Positions 1 to 11,801 are shown, numbered from the stretch's first letter. The stretch: 64,000 bases of DNA from an uncultured Rivularia sp. (GCA_963665115.1 OY762007.1:6080001-6144000); one strand, 5' to 3'. Numbers and translations: made by a program. Notes: generated from the sequence alone by a model not told the origin.

Positions 1-2965
1 TACCGGACAACAACTTCTCAGCAGTATTACGAGGTGCAACAAAATTTTCTGCCAAATCAGGTCTGCTATCGGGTGCTGGCAATCCCTGACGATTTACTTT
101 GCCATTAGGTAAAAGTGGCAGAGTTTTTAGCCGAATGAAGGCAGACGGAACCATGTAGTGTGGTAGCCTTTCTAGTAAAAAATCTCGTAGGTCAGGTGTT
201 GTAAGGGTAGATTGTTTTTCAAGTACTACATATGCTACCAGAGACTTGTTTCCTGGTCGATCCTCACGAGCCAGTACCACAGTTTCTCGAACAGTAGGGT
301 GTTGTTTGAGTGCAGATTCAATTTCCCCTAGCTCAATGCGAAAGCCATGAATTTTGACTTGGTTATCAATCCGTCCGAGAAACTCAATATTGCCGTCTGG
401 TAAGTAGCGAGCTAAATCACCTGTTTTGTACAAGCGCTGTGTGAAACCAATCTCTTGTGTTTCTGCAAAGGGATTAAAAATAAATTTTTCATTTGTTAGC
501 TCCGGCCGGTTTAGATAGCATCTAGCTACTCCCGCACCCCCAAGGTATAATTCTCCGGGTACGCCAATAGGCACTGGTTGTAGCAAAGAATCCAAGATAT
601 AAATTTGAGTGTTAGCAATTGGACGGCCGAGAGGAATATTCTCAGAATAATCAATAGTTTGCTCAAGCTTGATTGGATAAGTTAATATGCCAACAGTGGC
701 TTCTGTTGGCCCGTAGTGGTTAAAAATAAAGCATTCGGGAGCCAATTGCTGTATTTGTTTAATCAATTTACCTGTGAGAGCTTCACCACCAATAATCAAT
801 CGCTTTTTAGGTAAAATTCGTTCAGGGTGAGAAGATGTTAGTAAAGCACTCAGATGAGAAGGAACAATCTTTAGGCAGTCTATGGAATGACGATGAAAAT
901 AGTTTGCTAAAGTCTCAGGATTGGAAGCATATTCTGATGGCACTACATATAGGCATCCACCAGTACATAAGGCAGGAAAGATAACAGTGTTGCCCAAGTC
1001 AGCAGCAAATGTAGAAACGGTAGCAAATCTACTGCATACCGAAAGATTTAGTCTGTCTTGAATTGCATTTATATAGTTGACAAGTTGTTGATGCTCAACA
1101 GCAACTCCTTTAGGTTTGCCTGTTGAACCGGAAGTGAAGAGTACGTAGACTAAATCTTTAGTTGTTACAAAGTTGTTCGGCTTGCTAGTTCTCTCTTGAG
1201 CAATCACTTCCCAGTTTGTATCTAAGGATACTATCTGAGTTTTTAAATCTGGATTTTTTTTAACTAATGCCCCTTGTGTCAAAATTACAGGTACCCGAGC
1301 ATCTTGCAATCGGTACGCTAAACCCTCTGGAGGTAGTTCTGGATCGAGAGGAAGATAGGCTCCACCAGCTTTGAGGATAGCCAGTAGAGCGATAACTATT
1401 TCAAGCGATCGCTCTAAATAAACTCCTACTAAAACTTCTGGTTTAACTCCTTGGCTTTGTAGATAGTTAGCTAATTGATTGGCGCGTGCGTTTAACTCGT
1501 AGTAAGTTAGTTGTTGTTCTTCAAACACAACAGCAATTTTATCCGGTGTCTGTTCTGCTTGTTCCTCAAATATCTGGTGAATACACTTGTCTTGTTGGTA
1601 TTGTTTTTGGGTATTATTGAATTCAACTAACAGTTGTTGTCTTTGGCGCGCGCCAAGAATATTTAGCCTCGCAATAGAACTTTCTGGATTTTGAATTACA
1701 CTTGTTAATAAGTTTTGAAACTGTTCTGATAATGTTTTGATATCTTGCAGATTATATAAGTTTGAATCGAAATAAAACTGGGCAATTAAATTATCAGACT
1801 GAAGAAGGCAAGTTAATTTAATCTTAAATTTATCAATACAAGAGTACTGCTTGTATAAAGAAAACAACAGATTCTCAGCAGATAATTCCGGATATTCTTC
1901 AAATTCAAAACTAAATGGACAAAAAGACTGTGAGTTTACAGTTTCTTGCCAGGTAAAATATTCTTGTGATTCGTAGGCACTATTTACCAGTTTATTTATT
2001 TTTTTTAGTATTTCGCTAAATTGAAATTCTGCTTCTAAATTATAAGAAAGCGGTAAATGTTTGGATAACAGTCCTAAAGCTTGATTTAATTCTTCGTATT
2101 TTCTACCATCGCCAGTAACACCAATAAATATATCCGACTGTCTAGTAATTTTCCAAATTAATATCAACCAACAAGCTAGCAGAAAATCAGATTTATTAAC
2201 CTTATATGTGTTAGTTATTGATTCTATCTGTTTGATTAAATCATTACTGATATTTAAAGAAATATATTCAGGCTGAAATTGTGAAATTGTAGTTTGTTTA
2301 TTTTCAAACCAAAGTTTTACATTATTAATCAAACTCACATCTTGCTTACGCCAATATTCTTTGCCTAATTCTGACTCATTTGACTCTAAAAGTTCATTTT
2401 GCCATTGTGCAATATCCGCATATTGCATTGGTTCATCAAGAATATGTTTCTCTCCTGAGCAAGCTGCATATGAACTACTAATTTTGTTAAGTAAAATTTT
2501 GAGAGTAAAGCTATCCGCAATTAATGCAGATAAACTTAACATTAATATATATTTTGTCGGAGATAAAGTAATGATATATATCTGTAAAGGTAAATCCTTT
2601 TCTAACTGAAAAGGTCTTCCTTTTAATTCAGTAAATAGAGACTCAATTTTATTTTCTTGTTCTTTTTGAGGCAAACCAATAAAATTAAATTCGTTGATAT
2701 ATTTATTAATACAAATATCAGAAGTGTCAGCTATCACTTGTAATGGTACTGTCATCCCAGGAAGGCAATGAAAATTAGTCCGAAGAATCTCATAGCGATT
2801 GACAACATTCTGCAATGCAGTTTTTAAAACCTCAATATTTAAATTACCTGTGATTATAACTGCACGTTGAACACGTAATGGTAATTGGCTATCACTTTGT
2901 TGTAAAAGCCACAAATGCTTTTGCTGGGGAGATAATTCAAATCCTTCTAGTTGTTCTTTTTGCAT
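1..2965 (-). CDS. NRPS, partial (interface-type C domain - A[Asp] - start of PCP); absent from the ORF track because it runs off the window
   Basis: ATG at 2965 gives MQKEQLEGFELSPQQKHLW; degenerate C motif SALIADS in place of HHxxxDG; A core FTSGSTGKPKG, FAADLGNT, NHYGPTEATVG; same frame reaches FVAPRNTAEKLLSG at position 2. Confidence 0.93.
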   Translation of the reverse strand, partial: MQKEQLEGFELSPQQKHLWLLQQSDSQLPLRVQRAVIITGNLNIEVLKTALQNVVNRYEILRTNFHCLPGMTVPLQVIADTSDICINKYINEFNFIGLPQKEQENKIESLFTELKGRPFQLEKDLPLQIYIITLSPTKYILMLSLSALIADSFTLKILLNKISSSYAACSGEKHILDEPMQYADIAQWQNELLESNESELGKEYWRKQDVSLINNVKLWFENKQTTISQFQPEYISLNISNDLIKQIESITNTYKVNKSDFLLACWLILIWKITRQSDIFIGVTGDGRKYEELNQALGLLSKHLPLSYNLEAEFQFSEILKKINKLVNSAYESQEYFTWQETVNSQSFCPFSFEFEEYPELSAENLLFSLYKQYSCIDKFKIKLTCLLQSDNLIAQFYFDSNLYNLQDIKTLSEQFQNLLTSVIQNPESSIARLNILGARQRQQLLVEFNNTQKQYQQDKCIHQIFEEQAEQTPDKIAVVFEEQQLTYYELNARANQLANYLQSQGVKPEVLVGVYLERSLEIVIALLAILKAGGAYLPLDPELPPEGLAYRLQDARVPVILTQGALVKKNPDLKTQIVSLDTNWEVIAQERTSKPNNFVTTKDLVYVLFTSGSTGKPKGVAVEHQQLVNYINAIQDRLNLSVCSRFATVSTFAADLGNTVIFPALCTGGCLYVVPSEYASNPETLANYFHRHSIDCLKIVPSHLSALLTSSHPERILPKKRLIIGGEALTGKLIKQIQQLAPECFIFNHYGPTEATVGILTYPIKLEQTIDYSENIPLGRPIANTQIYILDSLLQPVPIGVPGELYLGGAGVARCYLNRPELTNEKFIFNPFAETQEIGFTQRLYKTGDLARYLPDGNIEFLGRIDNQVKIHGFRIELGEIESALKQHPTVRETVVLAREDRPGNKSLVAYVVLEKQSTLTTPDLRDFLLERLPHYMVPSAFIRLKTLPLLPNGKVNRQGLPAPDSRPDLAENFVAPRNTAEKLLSG

Positions 2966-3010
2966 ATTAATACCACCATTATATTAACAATAAACTTCTT
3001 GGTCACTATT

Positions 3011-4048
3011 TTATTCAGCCATTGCCACTACAACCTTACGCGAACCCTGAAATGGCATTCTTCCATGTGCATAAAGCATATTATCTAGTAATAATACATC
3101 TCCTTCCTGCCAAGGAAATATAATTGATTCTTGCTGATAAATTTCCCTGATTTCTTCTAATATAGAAGTTTCAATAGCAGAACCATCACCGTAATAAACA
3201 TTGCGGGGTAAATCTTCTTCTTTGAAATTAGTTAAAAGCTGTGCGCGAACAGTCGGTTCTATATTTGAAATATGAAATAGGTGAGCTTGATTAAACCAAA
3301 CTATTTCTGATGTTTTAGGATGCTTGGCAATAACTTGACAAATTTGACGAGTTTTTAAGTCAATACCAGAAGTATTGCTATCTCGCCACTCTAATTCAAT
3401 TCCTTCCTGATGACAATATGTTTCTACTTCTAACTTGTTATTAGTATTAAATACATTTTGCCAGGTTAAATCTAATCCTACTCCATAGTTTCGTACATAC
3501 ATGACCTGTTTTTGCAGAAATTTTTCTTTAATTTTTGCGTCTATACGAGCAAAAATTTTGCGACTATCAGCAATCGGTGTCTCTCCTCCTTGTAAAGCCT
3601 TATTAATACAACAAAACGCAATTTTCATCGGCCATTTTCGAGAGTAAGACATTTCATTATGGAGCGGAATAAAATGAGTTGCAGGGTATTCAGTAGAAGT
3701 ATAAATATTTCCCGTGACATGACTGCGTGGTGTGGAACGGTAAGAATATTCCAGCAAGTTCTCAGAAATAGTTTGTATAAATTTTTGAAATTCAGTTACA
3801 TTATTTAACTGAAAACCACGAAAAAGTATACCTCCTTGTTTCAATAATTGATTTTCAATCCAAGTCCGATTATGTTGAGTCCAAACTGCCAAATTTAAGT
3901 TATCCACATTTGGTTGAACAATTAAGGGAAGAGAATTATCTGATTGTAAATAAGATGTTTTAATTAATTCATCTTGGGACACACTAATAGATTTACGACT
4001 GATAGTTCCCAATTTTTTTAGATTTTTCTTAAAGCCTGTATTATTCAT
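3011..4048 (-). CDS. Stand-alone TauD/TfdA-family Fe(II)/2-oxoglutarate dioxygenase (SyrP-like amino-acyl beta-hydroxylase)
   Basis: IPLHNEMSY (HxE), GGETPIAD, WFNQAHLFH, LDNMLYAHGR; sits between an NRPS ending in a C domain and an I-A(Asp) NRPS. Confidence 0.92.
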   Translation of the reverse strand: MNNTGFKKNLKKLGTISRKSISVSQDELIKTSYLQSDNSLPLIVQPNVDNLNLAVWTQHNRTWIENQLLKQGGILFRGFQLNNVTEFQKFIQTISENLLEYSYRSTPRSHVTGNIYTSTEYPATHFIPLHNEMSYSRKWPMKIAFCCINKALQGGETPIADSRKIFARIDAKIKEKFLQKQVMYVRNYGVGLDLTWQNVFNTNNKLEVETYCHQEGIELEWRDSNTSGIDLKTRQICQVIAKHPKTSEIVWFNQAHLFHISNIEPTVRAQLLTNFKEEDLPRNVYYGDGSAIETSILEEIREIYQQESIIFPWQEGDVLLLDNMLYAHGRMPFQGSRKVVVAMAE

Positions 4049-4064
4049 TGTTGATTGTTCCTGA

Positions 4065-7000
4065 TTAATTCCGAATTATTTTTCGCTTAGTCATTTTTAA
4101 TTTTTGCTGTTCTGTAACTTGAAGTTCTTGTTTTTGTATTTTCTGTTGTTCTTCATCGCTTTGAGTCAATATTGTCGCAATTTCATCTAATGTTGTATCT
4201 GGCTGCGCGACAACATGATTTATTACTGTTTTAAAATGTTCAATTAACCGAGAAATAGTAGCTTCGTCAAACAAGTCTGTTTTATACTCAAATTTACCAT
4301 TAAGCCCTTCTGAACTTTCCCCAATTGATAAAAGCAAATCATGTCGCACGGTATCCCTTTCAATCTCTAAGGTAGTGAGGCTTAAACCGGGTAATTCCAA
4401 CTGTGGCATTGGAGCATTCTGGAGGACAAACCATGCTTGGTATAGTGGATTCTGATTTAAATTTCTTTCTGGCTGTAGTTCTTCTACCAGTTTTTCAAAA
4501 GGCAAATCTTGGTGAGCATAGGCTTCTAATGTAACCTGACGCGATCGCGCTAATAATTCCCGGAAACTGGGATTGCCAGATAAGTCGATACGTAGCACCA
4601 AGGTATTAATAAAAAATCCAATCAGTTTCTCTATTTCAACTCGATTGCGGTTGGCAATTGGTGAGCCAACTCGGATGTCTTGAGTACCGCTAAAGCAATG
4701 AAGCAACACTTGGAAAACTGCCAGCAGCGTCATGAATAAAGTTGCCCCTTGTTGACGACTAAGCAAATTGATTGCTTCGGTTAAAACTTTAGACAATGTA
4801 AATGATTGCTTTGCACCCTGACTATTTTCAACCCTTGAGCGCTTTGGTGATTTGGGCAATGCTAGCCGAGGATGAGTATTACCTAGTTTTTGTTTCCAAT
4901 AATCGAGCTGGTTTTGCAATACCTTTCCTTGTAACCATTGGCGTTGCCAAATAGCAAAATCTGTATACTGGATACTCAGTTCGGAAAGAGGAGAAGGCTT
5001 TCCGGCACAAAAAGCTGGATATAGGGCTGCTATTTCCTCTATTAATACTCCTATTGACCAAGCATCAGAGACGATGTGGTGCATTGTCAATAGTACTATG
5101 TGTTCTTGCTCCCCAAGACGTAATAGTTTTACTCTGAGTAAATGGTCGCTGTTAAGATCGAAGGGTTGTTGAGCTTCTTGATAAGCCTGTTGTTTAATTT
5201 CGGCTTGTTGTTGAAAAGCACTTAAGGAACTAATATCTATTATTGGTAATGTTAAAGTTTTGACTTTAGAGATGATAGCTACTGCTCGTCCTTCTAAGGT
5301 TTGAAAATTGGTTCTAAGCACTTCATGACGGCGGACAATTTCGTTGAAGCTTTGTTTTAATGCATTGTGATTTAATTCTCCTTCTAATCGGACAGCCGTA
5401 GGAATATTGTAGGAGGAACTGTTAGGCTCTAGCTGGCTTAGGAACCATAACCTCTGCTGGGCAAATGATAGTGGTAATTCTGTAGCTCTTTTGTTGATTC
5501 GCTCAAGGGGTGGTATTTCCAATCTATAGCCAGCTTGGCTAGCTTTATCAATTTCTTTTGCTAACCCAGCTATCGTTGGTTTTTCAAATAAATAACGTAA
5601 AGGAAGCTCTACTTGGAATATTTGCCGGATTTGAGACATTACACGAGTAGCGATTAAGGAATGTCCTCCTAATTCAAAGAAATTATTATCAATACCTACT
5701 TCTTCTATACCAAGCACTTCTGCCCAAATACCCGCTAATAAATTCTCAATTGGTGTGGAAGCAGGGACTATATTAGATGATGATACTTGTGTTAATTCAG
5801 GTACAGGTAATGCTTTGCGGTCAACTTTGCCATTAGGTGTTAATGGTAATGCCTCTAATAAAAGTAAAGCATTTGGAATCATGTAGTTTGGTAACTTTGA
5901 TTCTAAAAAGCTACGTAGCTCAGGAATTGTCAGTGTTTGTTCAAGATGAGCAACTACATAAGCGACTATTTGTTGAGAATCTATTGAATCTTTCCTGACT
6001 ACAACTACAGTTTCTCGTACTGCTGGGTGTTGGCTAATTACTGTTTCAATTTCTCCGAGTTCAATACGGAAACCACGTATTTTTACTTGGTTGTCAATCC
6101 GTCCTAAATATTCAATATCTCCACTCGGTAGATAACGTGCTAAGTCCCCAGTTTTATACAGACGTGTTGTTTCTGTACTAAAGGGGTTAGGGATAAATTT
6201 CTCTGCACTTAAATCGGGACGGTTGAAGTAACCCCGTGCAAGCCCTTCGCCACCAATACACAACTCACCCGCTATACCCACAGGAACTAGTTGACTGTAT
6301 TGGTCTAGGATATAAAGTTGTGTATTCGCAATCGGATTACTAATCGGTATTATCTGACTATCAGTCTTAATCTGGGATGCTGCCGACCAAATAGTGGTTT
6401 CTGTCGGACCGTACATATTCCATAAAGAGTTACATCTCTCAAGTAACTTATTTGCCAAATGTCCTGGTAAAGCTTCTCCACCACAAAGAATTTTTAATTG
6501 AGGATTACCATCCCAACCTGCTAACACAAGTAACTGCCATGTTGCTGGTGTCGCTTGCATGACTGTAGCTTTTGAATCTATCAATTTTGCTAATAACTGA
6601 GTTCCATCTAAGGTCATTTCCCGACTTGCGACTACCAAGCGAGCGCCTACGATGATTGGCAAGAAAAGTTCTAATGCGGCAATATCAAAGGAATAGGTAG
6701 TTACTGCTAGTAATATGTCATCAGATGTTAATCCTGGCTCTTGCTTCATCGAGTACAAAAAGTTACTCAAGGCACTGTGGGGAATTTGTACGCCTTTAGG
6801 TTTACCTGTGGAACCAGAAGTATAGATGATATAAGCGAGATTATCAGTAGTAGTTAGCGCACATAAATTTTCTTGGCTTTGTTGTGCGATCATCTCGTAA
6901 TCATGATCTAAACAAATGACTTGAGCTTCGTGTTGCGGTATCGCTTCTAGAATTGAGGCTTGAGCTAGTAATACTGGTGCTTGAGTATCTTCTAGTATAA

Positions 7001-10000
7001 ATTTTAATCTTTCTTTTGGATAGCTAGGGTCAAGGGGTATGTATGCACCACCGGCTTTGAGGATGGCTAATAATCCGATAACCATATCAAGGGAGCGCTC
7101 TATACAAATTCCCACTAGAACTTCTGGTTTTACTCCCAGTAAGCGCAAATGATGTGCCAGTTGATTTGCTTTAGCGTTTAGTTCGCAGTAAGTTAATTTT
7201 TGGTCTTCAAAAACTACAGCCACCGTATTTGGTGTTCTTTCTACCTGAACTTCAAATAGTTGATGTAAAAATAGTTCCGGTTGCTCAATAGTTTTACCCT
7301 TGCTCCATTTTAATAACTGCTGTTCTTCAGTAGTGGTCAACAAAGGTAATTCCCCGAGGTGCTGCTGAGGATTAGCCACAATTTCTGTTAGTAAAACCTC
7401 AAAATTTGTAGCTAAACGTGAAATCGTTATTTCATCAAATAAATCAGTATTGTATTCAAAATTAGCAATCAATCCCTGCTCTACATATTCTATAACTAAA
7501 GTCAGGTCAAACTTCGCTGTTATGCCGTTGTTTTCTAAAGACTCTACCTTTAATCCAGGCAACTCTAATTTTCTCATTGCTGCATTTTGCAACACAAACA
7601 TTACCTGAAACAAAGGATTATGGCTCAAATTACGTTCCGGCTGTATTTCTTCTACTAATTTCTCGAAGGGCAAATCTTGATGAGCATAAGCTCCTAGTGC
7701 TACGGAACGTACTTGTTTTAGCAAATCGCAAAAACTAGGATTACCAGCTAAGTTACTTCGCAATACCAAAGTATTAACAAAAAAGCCAATTAAATTTTCA
7801 ATTTCTGTTCTGTTTCTATTAGCAATAGGCGAACCAACTAGAATATCAGTTTGACCCGTGTAGCGATACAATAAAATTTTAAATGCTGCCAACAATGTCA
7901 TAAACAAAGTGACATCTTGTTGTTTTGACAGAGTTTTTAATTCTTCTGCTAAGCTTTTTGGGAGAACAAATGATAAAGTTTTTCCCGCATAAGTCCGAAC
8001 TGTAGGACGAGGGTGGTCAGTAGGAAGTTGTAATATAGGCAATTCACCTGATAATTGTTTCTGCCAATAAGTTAGTTGATTTTGAAACCTTTCTTTCTCT
8101 AACCATTGTCTCTGCCAAACCGCAAAGTCTGCATATTGTATAGGTAACTGTGGTAAGTAGGAAGGTCTACCAGAATAAATATCTGTATACAGTGTCGCTA
8201 CTTCCCGAATTAATATATCGTTTGACCAACCGTCAGAAATAATATGATGTAGCGTCAATAAAATTACATATTCTTCTACATCTAATTGCAGCAATTTCGC
8301 TCGTAATAATGGCGCTTGAGTAAGGTCAAATCCCGTTTGTGCTTCTTCTTTGGCAAGGTTATATAGTTCTGCTTCTCGTCGTTGAGATGGAAGCTTTTGT
8401 AAATCTATAATTGGTAATTTTAAGTTTATAAAATCAGAAATTTTTTGGATTGGTTGACCATCTGCGATGCCAATACTTGTTCGCAACATTTCATGTCGCC
8501 TAATAATTTCGTTAAGGCTTGCCCGGAGTGCATTTATATTTAGTTTCCCTTGTAAGCGCAATGCTCTAGGCAAATTATATGAGGAGCTACCCGGTTCAAA
8601 CTGGTCAAAAAACCAAAGTCTTTGTTGAGCAAAAGATAGGGGGAGATTCTTATCTCTAGAAACAGGAGTAATGGTTACAATTTCGTGGTGTTCTCCCACG
8701 GGTGCTTCAATTTGCGCTGCTAGTGCTGCTAAATTTGGCGATTCAAATAGTTGCGGTAAAGAAATCTCTGCGCCAAAGCTAGTACGGATGCGAGAAATAA
8801 CCTGAGTCGCTAATAGAGAATGTCCGCCCAATTCAAAGAAATTATCGTTAATACTTACCTGGGGTACACCTAACAATTGCGTCCAAATACCCGCTAATAC
8901 TTCTTCGACAGGAGTACGAGGAGCAATAAAGCTAGTTTTTCTGCTGGCTACTTCTTCTGGCGCAGGTAAAGCATTACGGTCTAATTTACCATTCGCTGTC
9001 AGAGGTAAAGCTTTGAGGAAGATAAAGGATACGGGTATCATATACTCTGGCAACTTAATTTTTAGAAAGTCGCGGAAGTTAATATCCGATGATGTCCCAG
9101 ATTGAGGAATTACATAGGCAACTAGGCGCTTTTCTCCTAATAAGTCATCTTTAATAATGACCGCACTTTCTCGTACTTCTGGATGTTCGTTGAGGGCTGT
9201 TGATACCTCACCTAGTTCAATGCGGTAGCCTCTTATTTTTACTTGATCGTCGAAACGACCAAGAAATTCTAAGTTACCATCCGATAGATAACGAGCGCGA
9301 TCACCTGTTTTGTACAATCGCTGTTGAGTATCACTGAAGGGATTATTAATAAACTTTTCATTAGTCAACTCAACATGATTTAAATAACCCCGTGCTAAGG
9401 ATTCACCGCTAATATATAGCTCTCCTGCTACCCCTAAAGAAACTGGTATTAGGTGTTTATCTAATACATAAACCTGGGTGTTAGCAATAGGTTTACCGAT
9501 AGGAACCGTTACAGCTTCCTGAATTTTCCTACTGATTGGGTAAGTAAGTACCCCAACTGTAGTTTCTGTAGGTCCGTAGTGATTAAGAATTCTACAATGA
9601 GGTGCATTTTTCTCTATTTTCTCAATCAAATTCCAATCAGCTGCTTCACCACCGAGAATAAGTAGCTGATGGGGTAAAATTTCCATACACTCGGAACTTA
9701 ATAAAGCTGCTAAGTGGGAGGGAACTATTTTCAAACAGTCGATAGGATGACGACGAAAGTAGTCTGAAGCAGCAATTGGATCGGATGCTCGTTGCCAAGT
9801 TACAATATGTAAACATCCACCACTACACAAACAAGGGAAAATTACGGTATTACCTAAATCTGCGGCGAAGGTAGAAACAGTTGCATAACTAGCATTATCA
9901 GGAAGTTGCAGTTTTGGCAAAATTCCGTATAAATAATTAAGTAAATGTTGATGCTCAATAGCAACACCTTTGGGTTTACCTGTGGAACCGGAAGTGTAGA

Positions 10001-11801
10001 TTACATAAGCTAAATTTTCCGTTTTGACATTATTAACGGGGTTTTGCGTACTCTCCTGGGAAATCAATTGCAAATCTGTATCTAAGCAAATCTGTGCGAT
10101 ATTGAAATTGCTATCTTCTTGTCCCAAATCCTTAATTAATACTGACGCTTGAGCATCTTGTAAGCGGAATTGTAGAGCCTCTTGTGGAAGGGTAGAATCG
10201 AGTGGGAGATAAGCACCACCAGCTTTGAGAACAGCTAATAAAGATATTATAAATTTGGGCGATCGCTCTACACAAATTCCTACTACTACTTCTGGTTTAA
10301 CTCCCTTCTTAAGTAAGTAGTGAGCTAACTGATTAGCTTTAAAATTTAATTGTGCATAGGTTAGCTCTTCATTTTCAAATACAACAGCAATTTGATTGGG
10401 TGTTTTTTCTACCTGTTCTTCAAATAACTGATGAATACCTTTTTCTCGCTGGTAATCGCTCTGGGTTTGGTTAAACTCAATTAATAATTTTTGTCGTTCG
10501 TTGTTACTGAGTATTTCTAGCTGACTGATAACTATTTCAGGATTATTGATAACATTGATTAATAATGCTTGGTAATTTTGAGCTAATCTTTGAATTGTTT
10601 CTTTATCAAAGTAGTTAATATCATAGAAAAACTCTGTGAGTAAACTGTTATTTCGCTGTAAACAAGCGAGTTTTATTTTAAAAGGTTCAATAAAGCTACA
10701 GATTTCTTGTAAGGTAAATGAGACTTCTTCATCATAATTATTTCTATAAATATTTTCAAACTCAAAACCTATAGGAAAAGCAATAAATTTGTCTTCTTCA
10801 GTGTCAGAGACAAAATAATCTTGCCATTCAGCAGCATTTTCTAAAGTTTGCGATACTACTGTTAATACTTCTAAAAAATTTAAATTAGGTGTAAATTTAG
10901 TTTTAATTGGTAGCCAAGTGGCTAATAAGCCAAATACGTCATAGAGTTCTTCATAATCACGGCGCTCGCTTGCTGTACCGATAACAATTTCTGATTCTTC
11001 TGTTAGTCGGCAAACTAATATTTTCCAACAAGCTAGTAAAATTAAATCAGCTGTTTTATCGTACTTTTGAGCAAAATCGTAAATTTTATCAAGTAATTCT
11101 TGATTAATAACTAATTTATAACTATCAGTGACAAATTCATCATTCTTTCCTTGTCGTTCTAATGGTAATTTTAATGCTGATAAAGAGCTAATTTTCTGTT
11201 GCTGCCAATATTCTTCAGATGCAGGAGCATCTTCATCATCAAGTAATTGATTTTGCCATTCAGAAAATTGTACATATTGTACATATTCTTTGCTAAATGC
11301 CTTACCTTGACTACATTGAGCGTAAGCTTGACTAATTTGATTAACTAAATTTTTGATTGTTCTAGTATCAGCACATAATGCAGGTAAGGAAATAATTAAA
11401 ATATGCTGAGTATCTGATAGCTTAATTAGATATAAACGAAGTAGTACTTGAGATAGAGTTTGATATTCTTGTCTTTCTTGCCAGAGTAATTCTTTAGCTT
11501 TACTAGAAATATCTTTCTCAGAAAAAGCACTTAAATCTAAATATTCCCAGTTAAACGAATTTCTATCTTCAATTACCATCACTGGAGTTCTTACTCCAGG
11601 TGGACGATAAAAATTAGTTTTGAGTATGTCGTGATGATTAACAACTTGTTCAGTAGCTGTTCGTACTATTTCCGGCTGAAGATTTCCCTCAATCAAAATA
11701 CTTGATTGCGAACAAAAAGCAGAACCATTTTTTTTATGTAAATGCCACAGTCTTTTTTGCTGAGGTGCAAGTTGAAAACCGCTAATTGCTTGAGTTTTCA
11801 T
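4065..11801 (-). CDS. NRPS: interface(I)-A[Asp]-T-C-A[Gly]-T-C
   Basis: N-terminal C-like domain has LPALCADT instead of HHxxxDG. A1 FAADLGNT/LKIVPSHL/NHYGPTETTVG (DLTK..HVGK, Asp code). A2 FDIAALEL/MQATP/NMYGPTETTIW (DILQLGMIWK, Gly code). Two GGHSL PCPs; terminal C domain HHIVSDAW. Confidence 0.95.
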   Translation of the reverse strand: MKTQAISGFQLAPQQKRLWHLHKKNGSAFCSQSSILIEGNLQPEIVRTATEQVVNHHDILKTNFYRPPGVRTPVMVIEDRNSFNWEYLDLSAFSEKDISSKAKELLWQERQEYQTLSQVLLRLYLIKLSDTQHILIISLPALCADTRTIKNLVNQISQAYAQCSQGKAFSKEYVQYVQFSEWQNQLLDDEDAPASEEYWQQQKISSLSALKLPLERQGKNDEFVTDSYKLVINQELLDKIYDFAQKYDKTADLILLACWKILVCRLTEESEIVIGTASERRDYEELYDVFGLLATWLPIKTKFTPNLNFLEVLTVVSQTLENAAEWQDYFVSDTEEDKFIAFPIGFEFENIYRNNYDEEVSFTLQEICSFIEPFKIKLACLQRNNSLLTEFFYDINYFDKETIQRLAQNYQALLINVINNPEIVISQLEILSNNERQKLLIEFNQTQSDYQREKGIHQLFEEQVEKTPNQIAVVFENEELTYAQLNFKANQLAHYLLKKGVKPEVVVGICVERSPKFIISLLAVLKAGGAYLPLDSTLPQEALQFRLQDAQASVLIKDLGQEDSNFNIAQICLDTDLQLISQESTQNPVNNVKTENLAYVIYTSGSTGKPKGVAIEHQHLLNYLYGILPKLQLPDNASYATVSTFAADLGNTVIFPCLCSGGCLHIVTWQRASDPIAASDYFRRHPIDCLKIVPSHLAALLSSECMEILPHQLLILGGEAADWNLIEKIEKNAPHCRILNHYGPTETTVGVLTYPISRKIQEAVTVPIGKPIANTQVYVLDKHLIPVSLGVAGELYISGESLARGYLNHVELTNEKFINNPFSDTQQRLYKTGDRARYLSDGNLEFLGRFDDQVKIRGYRIELGEVSTALNEHPEVRESAVIIKDDLLGEKRLVAYVIPQSGTSSDINFRDFLKIKLPEYMIPVSFIFLKALPLTANGKLDRNALPAPEEVASRKTSFIAPRTPVEEVLAGIWTQLLGVPQVSINDNFFELGGHSLLATQVISRIRTSFGAEISLPQLFESPNLAALAAQIEAPVGEHHEIVTITPVSRDKNLPLSFAQQRLWFFDQFEPGSSSYNLPRALRLQGKLNINALRASLNEIIRRHEMLRTSIGIADGQPIQKISDFINLKLPIIDLQKLPSQRREAELYNLAKEEAQTGFDLTQAPLLRAKLLQLDVEEYVILLTLHHIISDGWSNDILIREVATLYTDIYSGRPSYLPQLPIQYADFAVWQRQWLEKERFQNQLTYWQKQLSGELPILQLPTDHPRPTVRTYAGKTLSFVLPKSLAEELKTLSKQQDVTLFMTLLAAFKILLYRYTGQTDILVGSPIANRNRTEIENLIGFFVNTLVLRSNLAGNPSFCDLLKQVRSVALGAYAHQDLPFEKLVEEIQPERNLSHNPLFQVMFVLQNAAMRKLELPGLKVESLENNGITAKFDLTLVIEYVEQGLIANFEYNTDLFDEITISRLATNFEVLLTEIVANPQQHLGELPLLTTTEEQQLLKWSKGKTIEQPELFLHQLFEVQVERTPNTVAVVFEDQKLTYCELNAKANQLAHHLRLLGVKPEVLVGICIERSLDMVIGLLAILKAGGAYIPLDPSYPKERLKFILEDTQAPVLLAQASILEAIPQHEAQVICLDHDYEMIAQQSQENLCALTTTDNLAYIIYTSGSTGKPKGVQIPHSALSNFLYSMKQEPGLTSDDILLAVTTYSFDIAALELFLPIIVGARLVVASREMTLDGTQLLAKLIDSKATVMQATPATWQLLVLAGWDGNPQLKILCGGEALPGHLANKLLERCNSLWNMYGPTETTIWSAASQIKTDSQIIPISNPIANTQLYILDQYSQLVPVGIAGELCIGGEGLARGYFNRPDLSAEKFIPNPFSTETTRLYKTGDLARYLPSGDIEYLGRIDNQVKIRGFRIELGEIETVISQHPAVRETVVVVRKDSIDSQQIVAYVVAHLEQTLTIPELRSFLESKLPNYMIPNALLLLEALPLTPNGKVDRKALPVPELTQVSSSNIVPASTPIENLLAGIWAEVLGIEEVGIDNNFFELGGHSLIATRVMSQIRQIFQVELPLRYLFEKPTIAGLAKEIDKASQAGYRLEIPPLERINKRATELPLSFAQQRLWFLSQLEPNSSSYNIPTAVRLEGELNHNALKQSFNEIVRRHEVLRTNFQTLEGRAVAIISKVKTLTLPIIDISSLSAFQQQAEIKQQAYQEAQQPFDLNSDHLLRVKLLRLGEQEHIVLLTMHHIVSDAWSIGVLIEEIAALYPAFCAGKPSPLSELSIQYTDFAIWQRQWLQGKVLQNQLDYWKQKLGNTHPRLALPKSPKRSRVENSQGAKQSFTLSKVLTEAINLLSRQQGATLFMTLLAVFQVLLHCFSGTQDIRVGSPIANRNRVEIEKLIGFFINTLVLRIDLSGNPSFRELLARSRQVTLEAYAHQDLPFEKLVEELQPERNLNQNPLYQAWFVLQNAPMPQLELPGLSLTTLEIERDTVRHDLLLSIGESSEGLNGKFEYKTDLFDEATISRLIEHFKTVINHVVAQPDTTLDEIATILTQSDEEQQKIQKQELQVTEQQKLKMTKRKIIRN